Positions 25,769 to 39,000 of a stretch of 64,000 nt of DNA are shown here, one piece after another. The translations under genes and the position numbers were made by a program. Numbering within the stretch: the first letter of the stretch is position 1; every line of letters starts with the position of its first letter. Origin of the DNA: Lama glama (Eukaryota); NCBI GenBank assembly GCA_028534125.1, contig CM052816.1:61444001-61508000 (forward strand). Reading direction: 5' to 3'. The notes under the pieces are model-generated. The model made no database searches. It had not been told where the DNA came from and saw nothing but the letters and a program-made list of their open reading frames with translations.

Positions 25769-26552
25769 AATTCTTGAAAATTCAAGGAATAGATCTTTTA
25801 AGAGTGTCTCTGTTAATAGGCTATTGTTCAGTAATTATACTTTCTTTTCAGTTTTTCATTAATGAAATATACAGGGCCTATAAATACAACTCAAAATACA
25901 GATGCAAAAATGCACACAAAGTCACATAATTTAGTCTTTAATTAAAATGAGCATATTTATCCTCTTAAGGGATCATGACTATTTGCTTTGATGCTGCTGG
26001 ATTTTAAAGGGATTAGAATTTCCAAAGTCAAACAGTGTTTTCAGGTGGGAGATTAAAAATAGCTATAAAAATGGTTTCTTGCTAAAACTTGGCCTGTAGT
26101 ATGTAGATTTAAACAAGTTTTTAAAAAATATTTTGAAGAATATATCAGAATTGTATGTTGATTTCATGATCATATTTTAAAACACAGGAAAGTAAAATTA
26201 ATTATGGTACTTTATTTGGTATTCATTTACAGATTTTCTTAATCCTTAAGGAAATGCCAGTTAAATTTTTTTTATGAAGTATTAGTAAGCTTTTAAGAAT
26301 ATGCTCGGTTCACAGGCAGCAGAGGAACTTTGAATTCAGATTTTGGGTGAATTGATTTTGGTATTTGGACATTTTGTAACATTTATTATTCTCTTACCAC
26401 TCTGACTCTACCATTCTTACTTATCTCCACTGCCTATACCTTTCTCCTTCCTTTTTCAATTTTTTTTCCACTTCATCCATTGTTTGTTGGTTCCTTACTC
26501 AAATATGTTTATCTAGATTCAATTTCCATTCCAATCTAGGATTGTGACACAC

Positions 26553-26678
26553 TTGAGTGACCTTAACTTCTTGTGCAATCTGGGTCACTTTAAGAGTGAA
26601 AGAGGGTACCATTGACAGTTAAACCTAGACAAAAGGCGCAAACTAGGACCAGGCAAAACAGGATTATAGTAATCCCAG
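26553..26678. mobile_element. MER94-like hAT-Blackjack MITE
   Basis: gagtgacc...cactttaagagtgaaagaggg...gacaaaaggcgcaaactaggac...ggcaaaacagga...tagtaatccc. Confidence 0.6.
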
Positions 26679-26929
26679 GCATTGCCTATGTTTACTTGTT
26701 AAATTTTAATTAAAAATAGGAATAAGAAGATACTTTTCCCTCAGTGCCTAATATTGACTAAATAACATGTAATTTAGTAAATAATCTTTGTACACACCTG
26801 GACTAAAACTGTACTTTATTTGTGATGGGCATTATTAAATAGTTAAATCCAAGAAGGGTATGTTGTAATCAACACTTAACTTTAAGGAATAGTAAGTTAA
26901 ATATTTATGTTGGTTTTATGGATGTATTT

Positions 26930-27112
26930 ATGTTGTTTATTATGTGCCAAAACCAGATATTTACTCATTTAAACCTCACATTAACTGCATGAAATTGGTT
27001 CTGTTATTATCTCCATTTTATAGAGGAGGAAACTGAGACATAGGGAAGTTAAATGATCACACATTAATTAGAAGACTGAGGACTTAAACCAGATAATCTG
27101 GCTCCAGAGTCC
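26930..27112 (-). mobile_element. MIR
   Basis: ttattatctccattttatagaggaggaaactgagacatagggaagttaa...tctggctccagagtcc. Confidence 0.85.
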
Positions 27113-27178
27113 TTTTGGAGGAATTATAAGAATGTTCAACAAAAATTAATGTGGAAATACTTTACTAATATTAGTGCC

Positions 27179-27280
27179 TGTGGTAGACAGTCTTCTAAGA
27201 TGGCTCCCAGTGAGCTCTGCCTCCTGGTGTTCATGAGTTTGTGTCATCCCTACCTTTTGGATTTGGGCTAGAACGAGTTA
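27179..27280 (+). mobile_element. MLT1F-like LTR 5' fragment
   Basis: tgtggtagacagtcttctaagatggctcccagtgagctctgcctcctggtgttcatg. Confidence 0.7.
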
Positions 27281-27284
27281 GTTG

Positions 27285-27745
27285 ACATCTTAACTGTTAG
27301 AATTCTTCCTACCTACAACCAAGGTGTATCTCTCCACTTATTTAGGTCTTTAATTTATCTCAGCAATGTTTTGTGGTTTTCAGTATTTTCACATTTGTCC
27401 TTTTTTGATGTTATTGTAAATTGTATTGGTTTTTTAAATTCATTTATAAATTATGCATTACTAGTATATAAAAATGCAATTGATTTTTGATATTAGATGG
27501 GTAATATTGACCTCACAGAATAAATTAGAGAATATTGTCTGCTTTTCAATTTTCTGAAAAAACTTTAGTAGAATTGGTATTACTTCTTCCATAAATGTAT
27601 TTATTTATTTATTTTTTTACTTGTTTATTTATTTAAAATTTTATTTTTTTTCATAAATGTTTAAGAGAATAAGTGAAGCCATCTAGACCTAAAATTTTCT
27701 TTGTGGAGTGATTTTTAACTGCTATTCAAATTGTTTAGGAGATCC
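27285..27745 (-). mobile_element. Old L1 ORF2 fragments
   Basis: tatctctccacttatttaggtctttaattt...ctagtatataaaaatgcaattgattttt...gtgaagccatctagacct. Confidence 0.75.
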
Positions 27746-29209
27746 AGGTACCTGGTAGGGAGGCATGATAATAATTTGGAGCTATTATTAACTTTATGTT
27801 TTGAGAGCAACCAGGTTTTGAGAAGAGAAAGTATAGTGGGATCATAGAAGTAGCACCTGATTTTACATGGAGGTATATTTGATCAGAGACCTCAAAATTT
27901 CATAGGTATTTGGATAAACTATAGGTGCTTATTCAGGAAGGAGACAGTGCATATGAAGGATGTTGAAAATATGAAAGAGAAAATTTAGATAACCAAAATC
28001 TCAGTATTTTGGGGGTGGAAAGTGAGTAAGGAATTACAGGAGCTGAGGTTAGACAGGTAGAATTTCATTCATTGATTTATTCATTTGATCTTTATTTATT
28101 GAATTGAAAATATGTCATGTGCTGTTAGCTGCCAGGTATTCAGTGGTGAATGAGTCAAAGACTGAGCTTGATGGGTATGAAGAAAAGAAGTGAAATATAG
28201 TGAATAAAGTGGAGAGTGATATGCAGTAATGTTAGAGATGTTGCAGGGGCCCTAGCATGAAAGGTTTTGTATGCCATGCTTATAGGTTGAACACCATAGA
28301 TATAGATTTAGATATGTAGATAGATAGCCACTTCCCCTATTCATGAGTATTTAAACTGATTTCTTTTGTTTATTATTTAGTTATTAAAAACAATGTAATT
28401 CTTTTTGTGCGCAGGTACAAGTATGTCTGTATTATATGAAGTGCTAATTAGGAGTATATGGAAATGGAAAATTCTTCAAGACATAAAATATAGCAAACAA
28501 ACAAAGCCACAGAATAATACAAAAAATCATTATTTCTTTATTTTTTAAAGAATCAACTAATAAAAAAAGAAACTTAGCTTTTATTTTCTTTACATAATGG
28601 GTGACATTGGAGAAATTTAAGCGGAAAAGTGACATGATCAAAATTTTAAAATATCCCTGGCAGGGGTGTGGAGGAGAGATTGTGTGTGTGTGATTAAGTG
28701 CTAATATATGCAAAGCAGTGAAAAATGAGTAGAAAAAAATCAATGCCTCTTTTCTTTCTAGTTCAGAAAGGCTTTTTAGAACCCTTTGAATTAGCATTTC
28801 ACTTTCCCTTTTTTTTCTTATCCCAAAGAATTGGATGCTAGGAAAAAATCTTTGAGTTCTGATGCTGGAAGATGAGGACTTGTTGATGAGTGAGATAAAA
28901 GAGAAAAGGGAGATTTGGGGCTTAAAGAAGGGGGGAAACTCCATTTAGAAGCAGGTATTAGAAGTTCTTTTTTGGTTAAGTTTTTACACTGGGTTCTTTG
29001 GGGACAATATTTACTAAATTAGCTTTACCTTTCCTCCCTCACTCCCCCAAATTTATCAAAAACCAGCATTCCTACAAATGATATCTTTCTCATTTCATAA
29101 ATTCTCAGACCTGATAATATGCCATTGTTAAAGAAATATTGATAGAGATAATTCTAAAAAGTCTTTCTAGAAGAAGCAAAAGCAGCATTTGAGTAACTTA
29201 CCCACTTCT

Positions 29210-29480
29210 TTCACAGTCTTTTCTCGACTTACATTTGCGATTAGTGACCTCATTCATTTTCATGATTTTAAATACCATTTATATGGTTAGGTACATTTAT
29301 CCTTAAGTACCATTTATATCTAAATATACATCTTTAGCCTGGACCCCTCCCCTAAACTCTTTATTTGTATATCAAGTTGTCTAATTGACATCTCCATGCC
29401 TCTCAAACTTAGCATGTCCAAAACCAAATTCCCAGTCTTTCCTTTAAACCTGTTCTTTCTGCAGCTTTTCTCATGTCAGG
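29210..29480 (+). mobile_element. L2 fragment
   Basis: ttttaaataccatttatatg...tctcaaacttagcatgtccaaaaccaaattcc. Confidence 0.75.
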
Positions 29481-30112
29481 TTCTCCCTGAATGGCAATTA
29501 CAATATATTTTTCTGTGATAAAAAGCAAAAGAGGCTCCAATTAGGAAACTAATTATGAAGAAATTAATAAGTTGATACTTGGAAATTAATCTATATTAGA
29601 TTCAGCTGTCATAGAATTCTCAAGCCTTTTCTCTGTTTCCTTCCTTTACATTGATTTTTTGTTGTTGTTAATCTCCCATATCTTTGGTCTTATCTCCTAA
29701 TAGTTAGCTTACATATGTCATGAACTATTTTAGCAAAACATACATACTTAAAAACACTATTAAGAGGGAAGAAGAGGAATTATAGTGCTTGCAAAGGTAT
29801 GTGAGGTATTTAGAAGATCCTGCCAACCAGTCCATTTTTCTGGAGTTCTAGGTTTAACATTCCCAATGGGTTTAGGGGCCTGAAAGATACACTTAAAGTA
29901 ATACAGTAACTTTGTAAAAGTTCCTTTAAAAAATAAATTGTTCCTCCTTTTCATCTATGATAAAGGCTAATTGAGAAAGCAAAGACTAAGAGACTTATGT
30001 AGGGCTCTATAGTGCTGCAGTGGAAATACTGGAAAAATAAATAGATAAATGATTAAAAATAATCTTGAGATGTACAGAAATTGTCATCTCCTCTAAGAAA
30101 TATTGTAAAGCT

Positions 30113-30460
30113 GCATTCATTCATTCACTGAGATATTCAGCAAACATTTATTTATTGAGTGCTTACTATGTGTAAATTGTTGAGATCACAGTGACCAAAA
30201 GTCTGAGCTCTTAGCTTTCACTCTAGAGAGAGAAATAGATTATGAAGAAGTAAACAAAGAAATACATACTTTCAATGTGTGATATGTATGTACAGAGACA
30301 AACTACATATAGTAGATGGTAGAAAAGTGTCTTTTAATAAGGTGGTTTGATTTAAAAGTTCTGAAGGTGGAGGAGAACATGACAAGGGCATGTGTTTTAG
30401 GCAAAAGAAGTAGCATGTGCAAATAATAAACACTAGGAGGTAAAAGAGATGGGGAAGAGT
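30113..30460 (-). mobile_element. L2 3' end
   Basis: cattcattcattcact...caaacatttatttattgagtgcttactatgtg. Confidence 0.75.
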
Positions 30461-32621
30461 TTGGCTTGTATGAGAGTATTTGATACAAATGCATACATAT
30501 GCACTCTTTCCCCCACCCCGTTTGTTTTTACTTTCTCTTTCTCTGAGTACTCTTGGCTGTTCATTTTGAAGAAATGCTAATTGGGAACATTATTTACATT
30601 AGATAGGACTTGTTGACTAACTTTTTCCCTTAAGGTGATTGCATATTGGATGACTTTTTTCATGGGAGCGAAAGTGTCAGTGTCTATGGGTCTTTTCTGT
30701 GAGACCTTTCAATTTATCCAGAAAATAACCTAACAGTTTCCTATCTAATTACATGTGTTCTGAAAGATGGGGGAGAGGTGGAAAGGTTTCCTGTGAGGAC
30801 ATTGTCACTTTTTTCAATTTTGGGCTTTGCTATTGCCTTCCACTGGTTAAGATGTCCTTGAAACTAAGCCTCTCTAGTTTCATTTCTTCAGAAAACAAAA
30901 CTGGAGTTCAGCGGTATGGAGGGGAGCTGTTTTCTAGAATTGCAGAGAATTATCCAATCTGTTGTATACAGATTTTTGAACCAATCCCTGTTTTTAGCCT
31001 CTCGTCTCCGTCCTTTCAAAGGTGGTTAATTCTTAATTTTCCACTTCCTTTTAGCAAAGATAAATTTAAATCATTCAGAAATACAGAACTAATGTTGATA
31101 ATGATAGCCGAAGTTAACTATCATAGTGATAGTTGAAGTTATCAACTAATATTGATAATGAAGTATGTGGAATAGACAAAATTTTGTTAAATTTAAGACA
31201 GATTAGTGAGTGTAGTTTTGTGACTTCATGTAACCATAGTAACATGTTAGTTGCTGAGTAATAGTTATTAGAATATCTACTTTCTTAAAATCTGCTTATA
31301 AAATCAGACATGATTGGAGTACATAGAATGTAATAGTTTCTAATTTTGTATTTAAACTCTTCATTATTAAAATAGAATTATTGTGTATTTTTTCTACGTA
31401 GAATGTATTAATTACTAGCCTTTCATTTTATTGACTTTCTTTTAAAACATCTCCAAATTAGTGATTTAATTTTGTTATTGCCTAGGGTTGGTTAATTCTG
31501 ATTAATCACTCAGTATTATATTTGTAAATAATGTTATATCTATAGTAAATTTGTTTTCTATAAATTTCACTTTCTCATGTTCACTTTGTCTTTCTCTTTT
31601 CCCATTGACCCTGTGCCTCCCAAAGGCAGTTCTTCACTTCCTCAGTTTTTTCTTAAGTATTTTGTTTGTGATCCTTAGTCTGGTTAGAAGAAAGCTTTGA
31701 TTTCCTACTTTTTGTACAAGTGTCATATCAACACAGACTGAGCATCCCTTTGGACTTCTCCCCACTAAACTCTTTAAGAAGCCATCAGAATTGATAGATA
31801 TCGTGGTACTTTATTGCATAGTAGGGTCCTCAGGAAAAGTCAGACATGTAAAATAAGTTGTTTAATAGTTTTCAGAAAAAAGCAAGTAGTTTTCTACCCA
31901 ACTTGAGTGTAGAATATAAATTACTGAGTCATTTCGGTGCTTAGTAGGCATGTACTCCCTGAAGCCCTTTAACTCTGCTCTGGCTTTCCTCCATTGCCAT
32001 GTAAGTATTTTTACTTTTCCATGGAGTTTGTAGAAGAATAATGATAATGTTTGCTAAGTGAAGGGTGACTAAAAATAGTAATGCTTTCTCAGTGTGTGCT
32101 TAGTGAAACTTTCTAGTGGGAATAGAGGTAATGATACAAGTAACTTTCAAATCATGGATTTTGAGCTTTTGAAGTAAACCTGTTACATTACATCTCCTTT
32201 TCCATAAATAATTTCTTAAAGGAAGAGAAGTTTGTAGTAAAAATTCTTGTATTAACTTAATTGTGACTAGAGTTTTGATTAATTATGTTTTCTTGCTTTT
32301 AAAACTTACCCCTTTTTGCTAGAAGTATAGCTGTAAATTAAAGAAAAAAATCTTTTCAAATATTCTGAGTCATACTGGCATTTGACTAATACGTGCATTT
32401 AGCTGTGTTTGGTTATCTATCTCCTCTTATTCTAAACTTTGGGGTTTTTGTATTCCAAATATGTATTTGCACTCTCAGTAAGCTCTCTTTCGTACCAGTA
32501 TTGGTTTTGTGCTTTTTTTTAAGCCAGTTACGTTTGCCACTTACTATAATCAGTCCCAATTTTAGGAATCAGTGCATTTATGGAAAAAAACCAAAACATA
32601 GTTGTATTATTTCTCTGGGAT

Positions 32622-32745
32622 TGAGCTTTTTTGGTAATAATTTTATATAGATGCAATCCACAGACCATATAGTTCACCCATTTAAAGTATACAATTCAGT
32701 GGTTTTTAGTATATTCACAGAATTGTGCAATCATCACCACAGTGT
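32622..32745 (-). mobile_element. L1MB-type extreme 3' end
   Basis: ttcacccatttaaagtatacaattcagtggtttttagtatattcacagaattgtgcaatcatcaccaca. Confidence 0.8.
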
Positions 32746-32779
32746 ATTGATTGAAGTTATTTCAATTGTATTTTTTTAA

Positions 32780-34200
32780 TGGTTACTTTTGAAATTTTAT
32801 CAAGCATATGTAACAAAGTAAAGTTAATTAGTATTATTTTTTTCCTGAACAAATCAAATATATTAAAACATTTAAATATGACCACTCCTGTTGACTTCTG
32901 TGGTATTGTTGTTCTGTATTTTATTTCAAATTTTTTTCTAATTCCACAAACTAGACACCACCACCACCATGCCACCATCACCACTACCCCTTCATTATCT
33001 TTGCAATTTTTGTATAGACAACAGTTGTTTTCATTCATTTCTATATGCGTCAACTCCTTTCTTGACTGTATTTTCTTGCATATTAGGGATCATTTTCCTT
33101 CTTTCTGAAGTGCATTTTTTAGGAGTTTCTTTAGAGAGTCTGTTTGTAGTAAACTTTCTCTGTTGTTGATCTTGAAATATCTTTATTTTGGCAGAGTTCT
33201 TGAAAGATAATTTTGCTGGGTTCTCAATAGTAGATTTATGATTACTTTCTCTCAACATTTTGAAAATAACATTTTGTTCTCTTTTCGGTCTCGTTGGTAA
33301 TGTGTGAGATTAGTGTGATTGTCAGTCATTGTATATGTAATCTATCTTTCTAGCTACTATCAAATTCTTCTCTATATCTTTGCCATTCTGAATTTCTCTT
33401 GAGGAATATATTTCTAAGTATTTCTGTTACTTAATATAGAATGTGCCTTTTGTGCCTTTGGATTCATATATTTCATCAATGCTGGAGGTTTATAAGGTAT
33501 TAGATTTGCAAACATAGGTTTTCTTCAGCTTTTTGTATTTCCTCCTGGGTCTTTTTAGGTGTACGTTTAACCTTATTTAGCCTTCTATTCTCTTAATCTT
33601 TTTTCCCCATAATTTTCATCTACTTGTGACTTTGTGCTGCAGCCTCTGTGATTTTTTCATATCGACAAGTTTCTTAATTCTCTCCTTGATTCAGTTTTGG
33701 TGGACTGTATGTTTATAGCAACTTGTCCATTTCTTTTAAGTTGTCCAGTCTATTGTCATATAGTTGTTTGTAGTGTTCTCTTAGGAGTTTCTGTATTTGG
33801 TGTCAGTTGTAGTCTCTCTCATTTTCATTTCTTATTTTGTTTGTTTGTGTGCTCTCTCTTTTCTTCTTGGTGAGCCTGGTCCAGGTTTGTCAATTTTGTT
33901 TACTCTTTTAAAAAACCAGCTCTTGGTCTGATTGATTTTTTCTATTTTTTTAAATCTCCATTTTATTTATTTCCTCCCTGATCTTTATTATTTCTCTCCT
34001 GCTGATTTTAGGTTTTGTTTCTTCTTCTTTTTCTAATTCTTTTAGGCTAATTCTCTCTTCAGCTGTGATTAATCTGCTATTTAAGTCATTAATAGATTTT
34101 TTGTTTCAAAATTATACATTTTTTCTTTTTTAGAAGTTTTGTTTTTTTCTCAAGTCTGCCTAGCCATTTTGACAGCTCTTTTTCCTTGTTTTTATTTAAT
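32780..34200 (-). mobile_element. Ancient HAL1/L1ME ORF1 remnant, interrupted at 33688-34047
   Basis: ORF 33031-33258(-) IENPAKLSFKNSAKIKIFQDQQQRKFTTNR resembles the ORF1p C-terminal domain motif YPAKLSF..EIK.F.DKQ.LREF.T.R. Confidence 0.75.
33688..34047 (-). mobile_element. Internal L1 ORF2 fragment (between EN and RT) with TSD and no poly-A
   Basis: Reverse complement encodes LKELEKEEETKPKISRREIIKIREEINK. Flanked by taattctctc at 33675-33684 and 34048-34057. Confidence 0.8.
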
Positions 34201-34989
34201 TTCATTTTTTTGTTTTTAATATTTTACATTCACTTTCATTTTGTTCATGTGGCCAGTTCCCTATATAAAATAAAAAGTGGATTAATCTTGGATCTAACTG
34301 AATTCATGTAGTAAATTTGCCTTTCCTCTTTTAAGTTTATTTATTTATTTACTGCTTAATAATAAAGAAATGATATTTTAGGACGATATAATAATAATGG
34401 CTAAATTACACTAGGGACAGAGTGACCAGTTAGGAGGCATCTACATGACATATATATCGTATTGTTGACTTAGAGAATGGGAAGTATATGTTAAGCAGAA
34501 ACATTGTAAAGACAATTCTATGTGAGAACTAAGAAAGATTAGGCAAAAATAACACCAAGTTTCACCTTCTGGGATGAGAATGATTTTTGCATTTACAAGT
34601 ATGGAAAAATTGAGAAAATTATTGGCTTTAGAATGTAAGAATGATGATGGGACATTAGGATAGAAAGATCTATTTGAAGAAAGTACAGATCTAGCATTTA
34701 AAAAGTAAAAGATTGTGTATCATGAGGAAAAAGAGAGCTGAAACAAAGAGTATAAGTACCTCCAAAGGAATTAAATTTGGAAGAGCCTGAGACTTCTGTG
34801 TAACCGGAATCAGGTCCTAGAAATAGATGTGGAGTCCATTGAACAAGACAATTTGTGTAATTAAGAAATCAGGTTAAATAAAATCAATGAAACAATTGAT
34901 ACCATAAATTTTACAGTATTTTTCTATGAAGGTGACGAGATTTTGGGGGTGTGCATGTACTTTTGTTTTTTTTTTCTAAATAGGTCAAT

Positions 34990-35720
34990 TTCAAGAAAGC
35001 CCAAGAAAAGATACTCAACATCACTACCTTTAAGGAAACACAAATCAGAACCACAATGAGATGCCACTACACATCTATTAAAATGGCTAAAATTAACAAA
35101 TAAACAGCTAATAGCACCAAGTACTGACATATACCTGTCAGGGGCAACTGGAACTCTCATACATTGCTGATGGGAGTTCAAATGGTACAGCCACTCTGGA
35201 AAACAGTTTGGCGGTTTCTTATAAATGGACACTTACAAGTGACCCAGGAGTTATGCTTCTGGGTATTTATCATTGTTAAATGAAATTTGTGTTCACACAA
35301 AAACCTATATGCGAATGTTTACAGGAGCTCTAGTCACAGTCATTTAAAAGTGGAAACAACCCAGTTCTTCCACAGGTGAATGCTACCCAGCAATTCAAAG
35401 GAGAGAGCTATTGACACATACAGCAATTTGGAAGAATCTCAGAGACATTATGCTGAAGCTAGTCTCAAAGATTAGGTACTACTACAATTGCATTGATATG
35501 ACATTCTTAAAAAGACAAAAGTACCGTTTTGTAGTCACCAAGGGTTAGGGTTAGGGAGATGGTGTGAATATAAAGGAATAGCAAGAGGGAGGGTTTTTTA
35601 AAAAACAGTAATAGAATTGTTTGTGGTAGTGGTTATACATTTATATATGTGTTAAAATTCATAGAGCTTTATATAAAATGTTAATTTTACTGTTTGGTAA
35701 TTGTTAAAATAAAAAAAAAT
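34990..35720 (+). mobile_element. L1MB/MD-type 3' end
   Basis: aaaagatactcaacatcact...ccactctggaaaacagtttggcggtttctt...gttaaaattcatagagc...A-rich tail. Confidence 0.85.
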
Positions 35721-35817
35721 TTTCAAGTGCCTTTAAGAAAAAGGCAATTTGGCAACAGTCATAAAAATTTAAGGACATGCTGTTTTAAGTAGTTCAGCTT
35801 CTAGGAATGTATGTAAC

Positions 35818-36045
35818 CGATACTGTCCATATGGTAGCCAATAGCCACATTTGGTTAATGAGCACTTGAAATGTGGCACATCTGAATAGAGATGTAATTT
35901 AAGCATAAAATAAATGCTTGATTTCAAAGATACACTGCAAATAAAGGAATGTATAGCATCTCATTACTAATTTTACATTGATTGACATGATATAATGATA
36001 TTATATTGGATATAATGAATTAAATATAATATACTTTTAAAAATT
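35818..36045. mobile_element. MER33/MER3-like hAT-Charlie fragment
   Basis: ctgtccatatggtagccaatagccacatttggttaatgagcacttgaaatgtggc. Confidence 0.75.
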
Positions 36046-39000
36046 TTAAAAGGCCATTTTGTGCTTTATAGAGGCAATCTTAATGCTTATTTGATCCTTT
36101 ACTGTTTTCCAAATGCACTGTCATAGAATCATTTGTGGAAATGTCTTCTCAGAGCTTTAATCGGAAATGCAACTATAATGGAAATGTCTGCTTTCCCAAC
36201 AATGCTTATTTAGCACTGTTAAATGTATAACTATTTACATATTATTCCAAGAGTTTTGATATATAGAAAGATCAAGAGACTTTGTTAATTTCATGCACCT
36301 ATTCTCTAAAGCATCCATCGACAACATGATAAACTAAGTTTGTAAATTCCTAATTTAAAAACAATAAATTTGGTTCATAAGTGAATGACATTGAGTACAT
36401 TTAGTTGTTACATATAAATTTGATTTTCCAACTAAAATTGCCCACTTAATTGCCTACTTCGAGTTCTGCAGTAGATCCTTTGGGGAAAAGACCGTTTCAG
36501 AAAACCTTTGATTTATTCTTTTTTCATGATCTGTACTTCAAAGTAGAATTTTTCTTGCTTGATTACACTTAGGGGAAGGGGGTTGGGCAGAAGGAGGAAA
36601 ATCAAAGTAAGCTATACTTTAAAAAGAAAAGAAAAGAAAAAAAAGAAAAAGTAATGACAACCTGGAAAATGAATTTGCCTCTTTAGTTTTATATTGTTTC
36701 AGCTAAACCCTGTGATGAGGTAATTCCTGGTGAACTACTTTACAAATACTGCTGTTGTCTTGCTATCTTCATATTTAGGCAAGAGCAAATTAGGATGAAC
36801 AGTCAATGCATATCTGATGAGTTAGATTTATTCATTGTTCTTAGATGTGAAATGTAGAATGGTTGTGAATACTGGGCTTTGAGATTCCCTTTTTTAAGTA
36901 GCAGCTATTAAAGTGTAAAATAAATACTTAGTAAAATGGTATTCATAGTTTCATGTTGTGTATATTATGGTTAAAATTGGTCAGGAATCTGAAAAGATGT
37001 ATAACTTCAAATGCATTAATGTCCTATTTTTGTTTATTCTTTGACGATTTTTATCCTAATATGAATTTGAGTTTAGTTTTGCTGGAACAATAATAACAGA
37101 AAAAATCCAAATAAAAATATTTTATCTTAAACAATAAATTTTATATAGACTTTTGCTATTAACTGCTATTGATTATCAGCTGAACTGTATAACCTTAACT
37201 TTAGGAAGAGGGCCTTCTCAACTTTTGTTTTATTTTAAACCAGCAATGTTAAAGTCTTGCCCTGGAAATAAAAATATTACATTATCAGCTTCTGGAAATA
37301 TAAATTATAAGATAGAATTTATAAAACTCTCTCCCTTTTTTTAAGTTAGAGACACTGCAAGTTGGGTTTAGAATGCTTTTCCTTTTTTAGAAAATAGTCT
37401 GATATGTGTTTGCCTCTATCTAATTAGTTGATAATTTAATTTGAATTTGGAGTATGTATATAGAGATCATATTATTATGTAGTTTGTTAATATTTTTGAA
37501 TTAGTTATTTTACAGTAGAAATGCACAGAACCTTTTGATTTTGCATGCAAACACAACACACACAGTTTTAAAGAAATTTATATTTCAGACTAATCCAAAA
37601 GTGGGGTTGAGGTGTCACTTAACATATATTTCTATATTATTTTGTGTGTGTGCCAGGAGGATATTACTTGAGAAGAAAGAAAAACAATAAAAAGGCATTT
37701 TTAAGATAGTAATTTTTATGGGTCTTACTACAAATGTGCTTTTCTTTTCACTTTTATAGTAGCTTCTAAAGGTAGATTTTTCTATTCATTTAAGAAAAAT
37801 ATGATGCACAAATACAGACTTAATAGTTTAAGACTCATTATGTTTTCTGTGTTGCTCTCTTGCAAGCTGCTGTATATTTCTTGCTATTTGCTCTGATTTC
37901 TTAGAAATCATTGTTAAATGCTTTTATTGTTTCTGTATAATTGACCAGCCCATAAAAGAAACTTATTATTATTATACCATCTTTTTCAGAGCTTTAATTT
38001 TCTATTTTTCTTTCTGATAACATGCTCACTTAATTGTAAGCTGCCACTGATCATTTTTGGAAAGATAATAAATGAATGATTAATTACTCTCCTATGATAA
38101 TCACACTTATGGGATATAGAAGTTTCTTTAAAGTATCTAATAAATTTAGAGACAGGTATCCAAACTGGTATTGAGGAGTGAAATACAAAAATTTATATCT
38201 TGTGACATTCATATTGACAGCTTGGAATGAGAAAGAGTTCGAAGTCTCATTCTCTTCACAATTGTATCAATTATTATCATTCATGCTCATAAGTGTGTAA
38301 TATTAATTTATATCTGACCAAAGAATTGCCTTTACAAAATTGTCCTTGAAATTCAGTAGAAGTGACCTAAATAGTTTTCTCCTCCAATATCAGAATTATT
38401 GTCCAAAAATATCGAGAAATGTTAAGAGAGTAAAAAGAGAATGATTGCTGTTGGAATATTTATTTCAATTATGATTAAAGATAATATAGCCTAATTTTAT
38501 TGCTAAGTAATAAATGCTTCCTACATGTAAAAGGAAATGCTATCTCAGTTCATATTTAACTTGTGGCTCTAAATTGAGAATATAAATTTGTCTAAGAATT
38601 TTAACTTTAACAGATTTCCAAGGAAAATTTTGACTTTTATTTCTAACTTCTGAATTACTTGAAATGATTTTATGACAGGAATGCTGAACAGTGGAAACTG
38701 ATATGAAGAAGATGCTTTAAGATTTCATGTAATGTTGCACTTTGCCTTTTAAATTATTTTTTAAAAATTGATTTATAATTTGGCTTTGTGAATGTATTGA
38801 ATCCTAGTAAGGGCTCTACTGGAGCTTCAAAAATTAAGGAAAGGGGCTGAGAGAACAAGGTCCATAAAGAGTGAGGATTAGATTTTAGGGGCTAAGAAAG
38901 ACACAGGAGACTTGAGATAGAAAGGAGGGGAAAGGGGATTTAGGATAATTTTATACCCATGAGTTTTTGGTAGCATCACCTTTGTGGGAGAATGAGGGAG

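Noticed and set aside
28444..28944. Longest ORF (166 aa, minus strand)
   Set aside because: Low-complexity F/I/L/S composition overlapping L2-like remnants, with no recognisable domain.
33031..33258. Domesticated L1 ORF1 gene (L1TD1-like)
   Set aside because: Only a short decayed C-terminal remnant, with surrounding frames broken and a later insertion.
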